This document shows, one piece after another, positions 29,071 to 37,200 of a stretch of 41,493 bases of DNA. The translations under genes were made by a program, and so were the position numbers. Position 1 is the first letter of the stretch. Every line of letters starts with the position of its first letter. The DNA lies in assembly GCA_052144275.1 (NCBI GenBank), contig JBKQQQ010001039.1, positions 1 to 41,493 of the forward strand. Direction: 5' to 3'. Below the pieces are notes generated by a model. It ran no database searches. It was not told the DNA's origin and worked only from the letters and a program-made list of their open reading frames with translations. Source of the DNA: Streptosporangiaceae bacterium. GTDB taxonomy: Bacteria; Actinomycetota; Actinomycetes; Streptosporangiales; Streptosporangiaceae.

Positions 29071-30690
29071 ATGGCGTCCCGGCTCAAGCGATCGGTACCG
29101 GTCACGGTGAACGACGTGCTCGACGGGCATGCGGCGCTCGACTTGGAGTGCCTGGATCGTCTCTACCTGCACGGCTACCTGGGCCAGTTGCAGGTCGGCG
29201 GGCAGGTGATCCAGTTCCTGAACCACCGGGGGTACCCGGTGCCATCCCCGGCGTGCCTGCAGCAGATCGGCGATGCCTTCCGCCGCCGGGTCGCCTCGTT
29301 CGCCGCGGCCAATCACCTCCCGGTGGTGACGCTGAAGGCCGCTGACCGCAACATCGACATCATGAAGCCCTACCTGGCTAAGGCCGCGGCCACGGGCCGG
29401 TCGCAGGTCGCGGCGATCGGGGTGGCCCAGGAAACCCAGCGGGTGTTCATCGCCCGCAAGCGCGATACCGACCCGTCCAAGTGCCCGCAGTTCTCCTTCG
29501 ACAAGAAGGACCGCCGGGTCACGGTGTACTACTTCTACCTGTGGGACGCGAGCTTCGGGCCGGCGTTCATCAAGGTCTGCACGTACTGCCCCTGGCCAGT
29601 GAAAATCTGGGTCAACGGGCATGAGTGGGCCAAGCAGCAGGCACGCAAGGCCGGCCTGCCCTTCACCGAGCTGTCCAACGGCTTTGCCTCCTGCGAGAAT
29701 CCCGCCCTGCTGCAGAGGATCTGCGACGCGCTGCAGCCCGGCACGATCACCGTGTTCGTCCAGCGGTGGCTGCACCGGCTGCCGCTGCCGCTCGGGCCCG
29801 CCGATCAGCAGGCCGGCTACTGGTGGGAGTGCTCCATGGCCCAGGTCGAGGTCTCCCGCACCATCGTGTTCACCCAGCCGCGCTATGCCCGGGCCTTCTT
29901 CGACGCCCTGGTCACCGACAACCTCGATCTCGGCCGCCCGGACACCCTGGAGATCATCTTCGACCGGCAGGTCCGGTCCAGCACCGCAGGCGAGTTCAGG
30001 ACCAATGTGATCACCCGCGGCACCGAGGTCACCATCAACGCCTTCTACAAGCACTCGCGCATTAAGCAGTACTTGAAAGACGGCCGCGCCCTGCGGGTGG
30101 AAACCGTCGTGAACGCGCCCGGCGACCCGGGCTGCCAGCGGCGCCTGCATAACCTTGACGAGCTTCAGGCCCGGGCGCGTGCGGTCAACGCCCGCCTGTT
30201 GCACACTGAACGTGCCGGCCAGGCCTGCGTCCTTGCGAATCCAGTCTTCGAGCGGATCGCGCACCCATCCGTGGATGCGGACGGGCGGAGAGCTACAGCC
30301 ATGCGCTTTGGCGACTCTCGGGTCCAGGCCCTGGCCGGCGCCCTGTGCGTTACCTTGTGCGCCGTCACCGGCATCACCAACAGGAGCCTGCGCGCCCTGA
30401 TGACCGGACTGCTCGGCGCTCCCTATTCGATGGCCCAGGCCTCCTACGACCTGGCACGGCTGCGCCGCAACGGCCTGATCACCCGCCGCCCGCACGCCAA
30501 CACCTACGATCTCACCGCCGACGGACTGGCATTCTCCGTCTTCTACACCAAGGTCCACGACCGGGTCCTGGCCCCGCTGTTCGCCGCCGGGCAGCCCCAG
30601 GCCCCGCCCCAGCTCCGCGCCGCTATCAAGACAATCGAACATCACATCGATGAACGTCTCGCCCAGTCAAGGCTGCCTGCGACAGCCTGA
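29071..30690 (+). CDS. uncharacterised ~540-aa protein, paralogue A (C-terminal winged-helix-like domain)
   Basis: ATG 29071 follows GGAGG. GC3 is high. Conserved blocks are shared with 30821-32473 (YYFYLWDASFGPAFIKV...VNGHEW; LRVETVVN; QASYDLARLRRNGLI). No named family recognised. Confidence 0.7.
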   Translation: MASRLKRSVPVTVNDVLDGHAALDLECLDRLYLHGYLGQLQVGGQVIQFLNHRGYPVPSPACLQQIGDAFRRRVASFAAANHLPVVTLKAADRNIDIMKPYLAKAAATGRSQVAAIGVAQETQRVFIARKRDTDPSKCPQFSFDKKDRRVTVYYFYLWDASFGPAFIKVCTYCPWPVKIWVNGHEWAKQQARKAGLPFTELSNGFASCENPALLQRICDALQPGTITVFVQRWLHRLPLPLGPADQQAGYWWECSMAQVEVSRTIVFTQPRYARAFFDALVTDNLDLGRPDTLEIIFDRQVRSSTAGEFRTNVITRGTEVTINAFYKHSRIKQYLKDGRALRVETVVNAPGDPGCQRRLHNLDELQARARAVNARLLHTERAGQACVLANPVFERIAHPSVDADGRRATAMRFGDSRVQALAGALCVTLCAVTGITNRSLRALMTGLLGAPYSMAQASYDLARLRRNGLITRRPHANTYDLTADGLAFSVFYTKVHDRVLAPLFAAGQPQAPPQLRAAIKTIEHHIDERLAQSRLPATA

Positions 30691-30704
30691 CAAACTCAGC
30701 TCAA

Positions 30705-30792
30705 CCGTCGGAGTCCTCGACCCATAGGGTCGCTACGCTCCGTCCGGGACTTCGCCCGGAAGGAGTGGCGCTTCGCGCCGTTCGGCTGACGG
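30705..30792 (+). other. cloverleaf-like structured spacer (7-bp closing stem plus three hairpins)
   Basis: The closing stem pairs 30705-30711 with 30786-30792. The hairpins are 30718-30732 (6 bp), 30743-30760 (6 bp) and 30767-30779 (5 bp). The strand is assumed from the flanking genes. Confidence 0.35.
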
Positions 30793-30820
30793 CTAGCGCG
30801 CAGGCTGGCACGTTTGGCGC

Positions 30821-32473
30821 GTGGCTGATGACTTCTCCGCGCGGTACGGCGATCTGATCAATGGCAGTTATGACTGCGTGGACCGGGTGGTGCTGAACGC
30901 CTGGTTCCCGATGGGGGTGAACCCGGGCGGGTTCCGGACCTGGTGGCGGCGGCTGCACGGCGGCGATGATCAGCTGGATAACACGCACCTGATGCGGATG
31001 GCCGGGCGGTTCGCCCGCCGGGTCAAGGCCTGGGCGGCCGCGAACGGCGTCCCGGTCATCTTCTGCAAGGCCGGGGAGCGTAAGCACCTGATCGCCGAGG
31101 AGTACCTGGAGACTCACGTGGTCACCACAGGGGTGTTCCTGGTCCTGGCGGCCAAGGCGCCGGCCGCGGTATGGAAGGTGCACCGGTCCGCGCGCGGGGT
31201 CATCACGAACCTGGAGAAGAAGAGGGAGTACGTCTACCACTACAGCTTCCACATCATGGACCCGGCGTTCGGGCACCTGGCCATCAAGATGTCCGGGCAC
31301 CCGCCGTTCGGGGCGCAGGTGATGCTCAACGGCCACGAGTACGTCGCGGTCGCCGCGCAGGGGGAGGGCATCGGCTTCACGAAGGAGGGGAACTGTTTTA
31401 CTGAGATCGCGGATCCGCAGCGCCTGGCCCGGGTCGCAGATGCCTGGCCGCGTGACGCGGCTATAGGGCGCCTGGGCCAGGTCTGCGACCGGTGGATCTA
31501 TTCGGCCTGCCTGTGCTTCGGCCTGGACCTGGCCGAGCAGCAGGCCAGCGGGTTCTGCTACGCCTACTCGGTCTACCAGGCCGAGTATTCCCGGAACCTG
31601 CTGTTCCGATCTGGGGCGCAGATGGAGAAGCTGTTCGACCGGATCCTCGACCGGACCCGGTCCCGGCTGGACATCCCAGCGCTGCGGACCCTGTTCGGCC
31701 TCAAGGCCCGGCCCCATCACAACCGCAAGCACGGCCCGCCCGCGCAAGACATCGTGATCGAGAAACCGCAGTACGGCCTGAGCTGGTTCCAGATCCGCTT
31801 CGGGCGGCTCCAGCTGAAGGCCTACACCAAGGGCGAACACGTGCTGCGCTTCGAGGCCACCGTGCACAACACCAAAGAGCTGCGCTGCAGCCGCAGCCTG
31901 GAAAACTTCGCCCAGATCATCACCTTGCTCGCCGAGATGGCGGACCGGTTCGCCACCACGCTAGATTGCGCCGACATCGGCTTCCTGCCCGACGGGGTGC
32001 TGGATGAACTGCCGCTGCCCGCCCAGACCGGGACCGGCACGATCGCCGGGGTCGACCTGAACAAGCCGCGGATCCGGGCCGCCCTGTCTGCGGCGCTCGC
32101 CCTGGCCCCGGCACCTGGCGGGTTCACCGTCGCCGAGCACGCCGCCAAGGTCCGCACGATGGCCGGGCACGACGGCTACACCACCCGGCAGGCCGCCTAC
32201 GACCTGCGCAAGCTCCGCGGCAAGCAGCTCATCGATAAACCCGGCAGGACCCGCCGCTACCACGTCCCGCCGGACGGTGCCCGCACCATCGCCGCGCTGC
32301 TTACACTCCGCGATCACGTCATCGCGCCCATCCTGGCCGGGGTCCGCAGCCCCCGCATGGGCCGCAAGCCCAAGATCTGGACCGCCGTCGACCGCGACTA
32401 CGAGACCCTGCGCATCGGCATGCATACCCTGTTCCAGCACGTCGGCATAGACACGCTCCCCGCAGCCGCATAG
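30821..32473 (+). CDS. uncharacterised ~550-aa protein, paralogue B (C-terminal winged-helix-like domain)
   Basis: The ORF starts at GTG 30821. Blocks are shared with paralogue A (YHYSFHIMDPAFGHLAIKM...LNGHEY; LRFEATVHN; QAAYDLRKLRGKQLI). Confidence 0.7.
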   Translation: MADDFSARYGDLINGSYDCVDRVVLNAWFPMGVNPGGFRTWWRRLHGGDDQLDNTHLMRMAGRFARRVKAWAAANGVPVIFCKAGERKHLIAEEYLETHVVTTGVFLVLAAKAPAAVWKVHRSARGVITNLEKKREYVYHYSFHIMDPAFGHLAIKMSGHPPFGAQVMLNGHEYVAVAAQGEGIGFTKEGNCFTEIADPQRLARVADAWPRDAAIGRLGQVCDRWIYSACLCFGLDLAEQQASGFCYAYSVYQAEYSRNLLFRSGAQMEKLFDRILDRTRSRLDIPALRTLFGLKARPHHNRKHGPPAQDIVIEKPQYGLSWFQIRFGRLQLKAYTKGEHVLRFEATVHNTKELRCSRSLENFAQIITLLAEMADRFATTLDCADIGFLPDGVLDELPLPAQTGTGTIAGVDLNKPRIRAALSAALALAPAPGGFTVAEHAAKVRTMAGHDGYTTRQAAYDLRKLRGKQLIDKPGRTRRYHVPPDGARTIAALLTLRDHVIAPILAGVRSPRMGRKPKIWTAVDRDYETLRIGMHTLFQHVGIDTLPAAA

Positions 32474-32509
32474 ACAACATTTTGTCGATCAGAAAATGCA
32501 AGCTCCTAG

Positions 32510-32626
32510 ATGTGCAGTCCCGTCGTCTGTGATCGCTGCAAGAAGATCACCTGGGCCGGCTGCGGCGCCCACGCCGAGCAGGTCCTGGCCAGCGTCCCGG
32601 CGGAGAAACGATGCACCTGCGCCTGA
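32510..32626 (+). CDS. 38-aa Cys-rich protein (not in the ORF track)
   Basis: The ORF reads MCSPVVCDRCKKITWAGCGAHAEQVLASVPAEKRCTCA. It has six Cys and high GC3, and resembles small conserved actinobacterial Cys-rich proteins I recall. It is preceded by the AT-rich hairpin GACAA-catt-TTGTC (32473-32486). Confidence 0.5.
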   Translation: MCSPVVCDRCKKITWAGCGAHAEQVLASVPAEKRCTCA

Positions 32627-32932
32627 CTGGCCGCCGGGCCGGGCTGGCCTGAACACCGGGTGCTTCCCGCACGTACCGGCGATGGTCGCCGGATGCCGGG
32701 ACTTTCGTCGGTGACGGCCGCGCCCCGGGCGCACGGGACCGGTGATGCATGGATTCGGTGCCGGTGACCCTCACGGCCGGCCTGCCCCCGCCCGCTGATC
32801 CGGCCGCGCTGCCGGCCGGGACGGCCAAGTGCGCACCGTGCGGCCGCGCCAGCCGCCTACCTCGGCCGCGAACTTGCAAGGGCCGGGCACACGCCGCCCG
32901 CCGGCACCCGCTACCAGCAAGACGCCGCGCTC

Positions 32933-33096
32933 GGCTAACCCGAAGTTCCCCCCAAGCCGATGAGTCCACGTGTTTGCGCAGCTGGTAGCGCCCTTGATCG
33001 CGGAAATTACATGTCTACGTAGTCATGAGCTGAGGTTGTTTCTCCTGGTCAAGGCCCATGTGGGCTCGCCGCCAGGGGGAACTACGGGCTAACCCG
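32933..33096. repeat. MITE-like unit: ~10-bp direct repeats flanking a 144-bp lower-GC core with 9-bp terminal inverted repeats
   Basis: GGCTAACCCG occurs at 32933-32942 and 33087-33096. AGTTCCCCC (32944-32952) is complementary to GGGGGAACT (33075-33083). The interior is AT-richer and has the hairpin GCGC-AGCTGGTA-GCGC (32976-32991). Confidence 0.35.
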
Positions 33097-33157
33097 CCAG
33101 GGCGCGGGGGCCTGAAGTGGCTCAGGCCTGCGGCGGGAAAGCGTCGCACGCGGCTGC

Positions 33158-33373
33158 CTACAGGAGCAGGGCGGCGGCGAGCTGGCGTGCCTCACCGGCG
33201 GTGAGCCCGGCCCAGGTGCCGTCCCCGGTCCCGGAAGGGGCGCTGACGCCGAGGCTGACGCGCTGCGCCGGGTGCGGGGCCCCGCCGAGGATGAGATGCC
33301 CTACCTGGATCTCCCGGCCGCAGGTGGTCCGGAAGCTGACGTGATGGCGGACGCCTGATGTGCTGGTGTCCAT
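33158..33373 (-). CDS. hypothetical 71-aa protein
   Basis: GC3 is high on this strand. It lies 55 nt downstream of the DUF302 gene in the same orientation. The C-terminal segment reads WAGLTAGEARQLAAALL. No family recognised. Confidence 0.45.
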   Translation of the reverse strand: MDTSTSGVRHHVSFRTTCGREIQVGHLILGGAPHPAQRVSLGVSAPSGTGDGTWAGLTAGEARQLAAALLL

Positions 33374-33428
33374 GGCATGCCTCCGCGCAATCGCAGGATG
33401 TGCCGGGCCGGAGCGAGGCCCGGCGACG

Positions 33429-33818
33429 TCATGAGGCGAGCGCGGCGAGGGCGGCGCCGAGGCGCCGCGCCACCTCGTCAGCGACCGGCTTCAGCTCGGG
33501 CCGTCCGGTCAGGGCGACCATGACCTGCGGGTCGAGCGCCTCCACGACGGTGCCGCCCCCCGCAGCGCGGACGACGACATTGCAGGGCAGCAGCAACCCG
33601 ATGCTCCGGTCGACCTCAAGTGCCTGATGGGCGAACGGCGGGTTGCAGGCGCCCAGGATGACGTAGTCCTCGATCTGCTCCCCGAGCTTGTCCCGCAGGG
33701 TGGCAGTCACATCGATCTCGGTGAGCACGCCGAACCCCTGGCCCTCCAGGGCATCGCGCACCCGGGCGACCGCGTCGGGGAACGGGAGATCCACGGTGAT
33801 GCTGGTGCCGTAGCTCAC
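33429..33818 (-). CDS. DUF302-domain protein
   Basis: FPDAVARVRDALEGQGFGVLTEIDVTATLRDKLG...ILGACNPPFAHQAL...LLPCNVVV is the DUF302 signature. The start forms a GTGA overlap with the trx stop. Confidence 0.8.
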   Translation of the reverse strand: MSYGTSITVDLPFPDAVARVRDALEGQGFGVLTEIDVTATLRDKLGEQIEDYVILGACNPPFAHQALEVDRSIGLLLPCNVVVRAAGGGTVVEALDPQVMVALTGRPELKPVADEVARRLGAALAALAS

Positions 33819-34192
33819 CGGTCCGCCCCTTGCGCTTCCTGCACGGCGAGCTTGCCGCGGACCTCGTCCATGTCCAGGTCGCGGACGGCCTGGATGAGCT
33901 GCTCCAGCGCCGCGGCCGGAAGCGCGCCAGGCTGGGAGAACACCAGGATGCCGTCGCGGAACACCATCAGGGTCGGGATGGAGCTGATCCGCGCGGCGGC
34001 GGACAGCTCGGGCTGGTCCTCGGTGTCGATCTTGCCGAACGTGATGTCCGGGTGCTGCCTGCTCGCGGCCTGGAACACCGGCGCGAACATCCGGCACGGC
34101 CCGCACCAGGAAGCCCACCAGTCGACCAGGGTGATCCCCGGCTGGGTGACCGTCTCCTCGAACGTCTCCTTGGTCAGTGCGATGGCGCTCAT
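33815..34192 (-). CDS. thioredoxin
   Basis: The WCGPC active site lies in LVDWWASWCGPCRMFAP, and the fold length is typical. ATG 34192 follows GGGAG. Confidence 0.9.
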   Translation of the reverse strand: MSAIALTKETFEETVTQPGITLVDWWASWCGPCRMFAPVFQAASRQHPDITFGKIDTEDQPELSAAARISSIPTLMVFRDGILVFSQPGALPAAALEQLIQAVRDLDMDEVRGKLAVQEAQGADR

Positions 34193-34221
34193 GATCTCCC
34201 TCACTTCCCGACAGGCCTAAC

Positions 34222-34237
34222 ATACCCCACCGGGTAT
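34222..34237. promoter_or_regulatory. CsoR/CstR-type operator ATACCCCACCGGGTAT (N4 class), site 7
   Basis: The site lies 29 nt upstream of the thioredoxin start codon. Confidence 0.55.
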
Positions 34238-34356
34238 AACAGGCGGCGCTGGGCGTTATTCCGCGCCTGGATCCCAGCTGGCATATCCCTGTCCCGCAGA
34301 GCTGGATTGGCCCGGACCGCCGGATCCGTCAGGGCTCTCAGGCCATGCGCGGCTAG

Positions 34357-35324
34357 GGCGTGTCCCGTGGATCTTCGAAGCGGGGTCGTGTAGACCAGTG
34401 CGATGCCTGACCGACTGAATCGTCATGACCTGACCGATGAGGAATGGGAGCGCCTTCGGGTGCTCCTGCCGTCCGGCCCGCAGCAGCGCGGCGGCCGCTG
34501 GGCCGATCACCGGACGGTGATCAACGGGATCTTCTTCCGGACCCGGGCGGGCTGCCCGTGGCGGGACCTGCCCGAGGGCTTCGGGAACTGGAAGACCGTC
34601 TATAACCGGCATCGCCGCTGGTCCCTGGACGGGGCCTGGGAGCAGATCCTGGACGGGCTCCGGGCCGGGTGCGACGAGGCTGAGGGCAGGGACTGGACAG
34701 TGAGCGCGGACTCCACCGTCGCCCGGGCCCATCAGCACGCGGCCGGGGCCCGCCGCGTCCCGGCCGCTGATGATCTCACGGGGGGCTCTGGCGAATGACA
34801 GGAAATCGGGCCGGGAGGCGATCGGCCGGTCCCGGGGCGGGCTGACGACCAAGATCCACCTGGCCGCTGACCTGCGCTGCCGCCCCATCGCGCGGCTGAC
34901 CAGCTGCGGCCAGCATGGTGACTCCCCGCGGTTCGTCCCGCTGATGGATGCGATCCGGATCCGCCGCCGCGGGAAAGGACGGCCACGCCGGCGGCCCGGC
35001 CGGGCAATGGCGGATAAGGCGTATTCCTCCCGCGCGAACCGCGCCTGGCTGCGCCAGCACGGCATCCAGGCGGTCATCCCGGTCAAGGAGGACCAGAAGA
35101 AGCACCGCCGTGACCGGGGCCGGGCCGGCGGCCGCCCGCCGGCCTTCGACGCCTCCTGGTACAAAAAGCGCAACACCGTGGAGCGCTGCTTCAGCAAGCT
35201 CAAGCAGTTCCGGGCGGTGGCCACCCGTTATGACAAGCGTGAGCGGATTTACCAGGGCACCATCGACGTGGCCTCGATCAGCATCTGGCTGCGCGACCCC
35301 GTCCCATGATCCACGGGACACGAC
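34357..35324 (+). mobile_element. IS5-family insertion sequence (IS427-like, two-frame transposase)
   Basis: Perfect 15-bp terminal inverted repeats (CGTGTCCCGTGGATC) lie at 34359-34373 and 35308-35322. The element is flanked by CTAG at 34353-34356 and 35325-35328, a candidate target duplication. It encodes a DDE transposase. Confidence 0.85.
34403..35309 (+). CDS. IS5-family transposase (orfA 34403-34798 and orfB 34770-35309, joined by a frameshift)
   Basis: orfA has the DUF4096-type N-terminus (LTDEEWERLRVLLP...GRPWADHR-like, NGIFFRTRAGCPWRDLP). orfB has the DDE C-terminus (GRSRGGLTTKIHLAAD, ADKAYSS, YKKRNTVERCFSKLKQFRAVATRYDK). The 29-nt overlap contains a G6 run (34780-34785). orfB is +1 relative to orfA. 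Confidence 0.85.
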
Positions 35325-37085
35325 CTAGGTGCCTGGTAACCCGGCTGCGCGGGCTGGCTGAAGGCAAGCTGGGGGAAGCGGGAACCAGCGCAGCGCCTCG
35401 AAATCCGGTGGCAGCCCGGTGGGCCCGTCATCCAGGTGCGTCGGCCGGGCGGCCAGGATGTGCCGGGCCTGCCGCAGGTAGCCGGGGAACGCCTCCTCGC
35501 CGGCGCGGCCATGCTGCCGGGGGTAATTCATCTCGCCGTCCGGGCCGTAGCGGATGTCGGACAGGGTAACCTGCGGCCGGGGCGGCCCGGCGGCGTGCCG
35601 CCACAGGCCCGTGCGCGGGTCAAACCGGTAGTCCGGAAGCAGGCGGTATCCGTTGGCGGCGATCAGCTCGACAGCGGCGGCGATGTAGTCTGCGGTGGCC
35701 GGGGAGATGAAGTAGTTGAGGTTCACCCTGGTCCAGCCGGGCTTGACCCCGTCGCAGCCGTGCCCGACCTCCTCGCGCAGCGCATGGGAGCGGGCCGGGC
35801 CGATGGCCAGCAGCCGGTGCCCGTACGGGCCGGCGCACGAGCAGCCGCCGCGGGCCTGGATGCCGAACAAGTCGTTGAGCACCGCGACGACGAAATTATG
35901 GTGCAGGTACCGGGTGCCATGGCGGATGCGGAACGAGACGATCGACAGCCGCGCCGCCTGGTGGCTGCCGAGCACCTCGATGCCAGGGGTGCCGGCCCAG
36001 CGGCGCAGCACGTGCCGCCACAGCTGTTCCTCGCGGGCGGCGATCAGGTCGGTGCCGACCGCCTGCTTGAGCGCGAAGACCAGGCCGGCACGGATGGACT
36101 CGATGATCGCGGGGGTGCCGCCCTCCTCGCGCGCGACCGGGTCGTCGAGATACCGGTGGCCGATGGGGTCGACGAACGCCACGGTTCCCCCGCCCGGGGC
36201 GGTCGGCACGGTGTTGCGCCCCAGTTCACGACGCACGACCAGGACGCCGGGTGTCTGCGGGCCGCCGGGGAACTTGTGCGGGGAGAGAAACAGCGCGTCC
36301 TTGTGGTCGCCGGCGCCCGGGCGAGACTCTGCGACGCGGATGGGAAGGTACGGCCCGGCGGCGGCGTAGTCCCAGAACGACAGCGCGCCGTGGGCGTGCA
36401 GCAGCGCGGCGATCGCGTCGGCGTCGGTCAGGATGCCCGTCACGTTGGAGGCGGCGGAGAAGCTGCCGATGAGCAGCGGGCGCTTGGCGTACCGGGCCAG
36501 CTGGCGTTGCAGGTCGGCCAGGTCGATGTGGCCGTCGGCGTCCTCGCCGATGACCACCACCTCGGCGATGGTCTCGCGCCAGGGCAGCTCGTTGGAGTGA
36601 TGCTCGTACGGGCCGACGAACACCACCGGCCGTTCGGCCTCCGGGATGCTCCGGCTGAGCTCATATCGTTCGTCCAGCCCGGCCGGGATGCGCAGCTCCA
36701 AGATGCCGATGAGCTTGTTCACCGCGGCGGTCGCGCCGGACCCGCAGAAGATCACCAGGTCGTCGCCGGTGCCGCCGACCGCGTCGCGGATGATCCGCCG
36801 GGCGTCCTCGCGCAGCCGGGTGGTGGCCAGGCCGGTGCCGGAGCTTTCGGTGTGGGTGTTGGCGTACCGGAGCAGGACCTCCTGGCGGATGAAGTCCTCG
36901 ATGAAGTCCAGCGACCGGCCCGAGGCCGTGTAGTCGGCGTAGGTGACCCGGCGGGGCCCGAACGGGCCGTCCATCAGTTCGCCCTCGCCGAGGATCCCCC
37001 GACGGATCCGCTCCACCAGCGGTGACGTCAGCACCCCGGTAGGAGCCCGTGTCTCCGGCCAGTCCGGCGTGAGTCCAGTAGCCAT
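35325..37085 (-). CDS. class-V aminotransferase-fold PLP enzyme (cysteine-desulfurase-like, long form)
   Basis: YADYTASGRSL, EHHSNELPW, the SPHKFPGGPQTPG (PLP-Lys) region and ARGGCSCAGPYGH are present. The protein is about 586 aa. The stop TAG lies inside the CTAG flanking the IS. Confidence 0.8.
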   Translation of the reverse strand: MATGLTPDWPETRAPTGVLTSPLVERIRRGILGEGELMDGPFGPRRVTYADYTASGRSLDFIEDFIRQEVLLRYANTHTESSGTGLATTRLREDARRIIRDAVGGTGDDLVIFCGSGATAAVNKLIGILELRIPAGLDERYELSRSIPEAERPVVFVGPYEHHSNELPWRETIAEVVVIGEDADGHIDLADLQRQLARYAKRPLLIGSFSAASNVTGILTDADAIAALLHAHGALSFWDYAAAGPYLPIRVAESRPGAGDHKDALFLSPHKFPGGPQTPGVLVVRRELGRNTVPTAPGGGTVAFVDPIGHRYLDDPVAREEGGTPAIIESIRAGLVFALKQAVGTDLIAAREEQLWRHVLRRWAGTPGIEVLGSHQAARLSIVSFRIRHGTRYLHHNFVVAVLNDLFGIQARGGCSCAGPYGHRLLAIGPARSHALREEVGHGCDGVKPGWTRVNLNYFISPATADYIAAAVELIAANGYRLLPDYRFDPRTGLWRHAAGPPRPQVTLSDIRYGPDGEMNYPRQHGRAGEEAFPGYLRQARHILAARPTHLDDGPTGLPPDFEALRWFPLPPACLQPARAAGLPGT

Positions 37086-37117
37086 CACGCCCTCCCTTCT
37101 CCGAGCCTACTTCCAAT

Positions 37118-37133
37118 ATACCCTCGGGGGTAT
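37118..37133. promoter_or_regulatory. CsoR/CstR-type operator ATACCCTCGGGGGTAT (N4 class), site 8
   Basis: The site lies 32 nt upstream of the class-V PLP enzyme start codon. Confidence 0.55.
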
Positions 37134-37200
37134 AGACAGGAAATGGGCCGGATTCGCCGTCCCTTGACTCTATGGCTCTGTTAGTGCATCCTAACCGTTA

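Noticed and set aside
28537-30645. A 702-aa ORF on the minus strand spanning the rhodanese gene and paralogue A.
   Set aside because: It is a shadow ORF: Gly/Arg/Asp-rich, with no recognisable domain. It also crosses an intergenic region. The plus-strand genes have SD sequences, motifs and a paralogue supporting them.
32960-33060. A tRNA gene or tRNA fragment suggested by GCGCAGCTGGTAGCGC.
   Set aside because: Only a D-arm-like hairpin is present. There is no 7-bp acceptor stem at the right distance, no anticodon stem closing a 7-nt loop, no GGTTCGAATCC-type T-arm and no CCA context. I treated it as part of the MITE-like unit.
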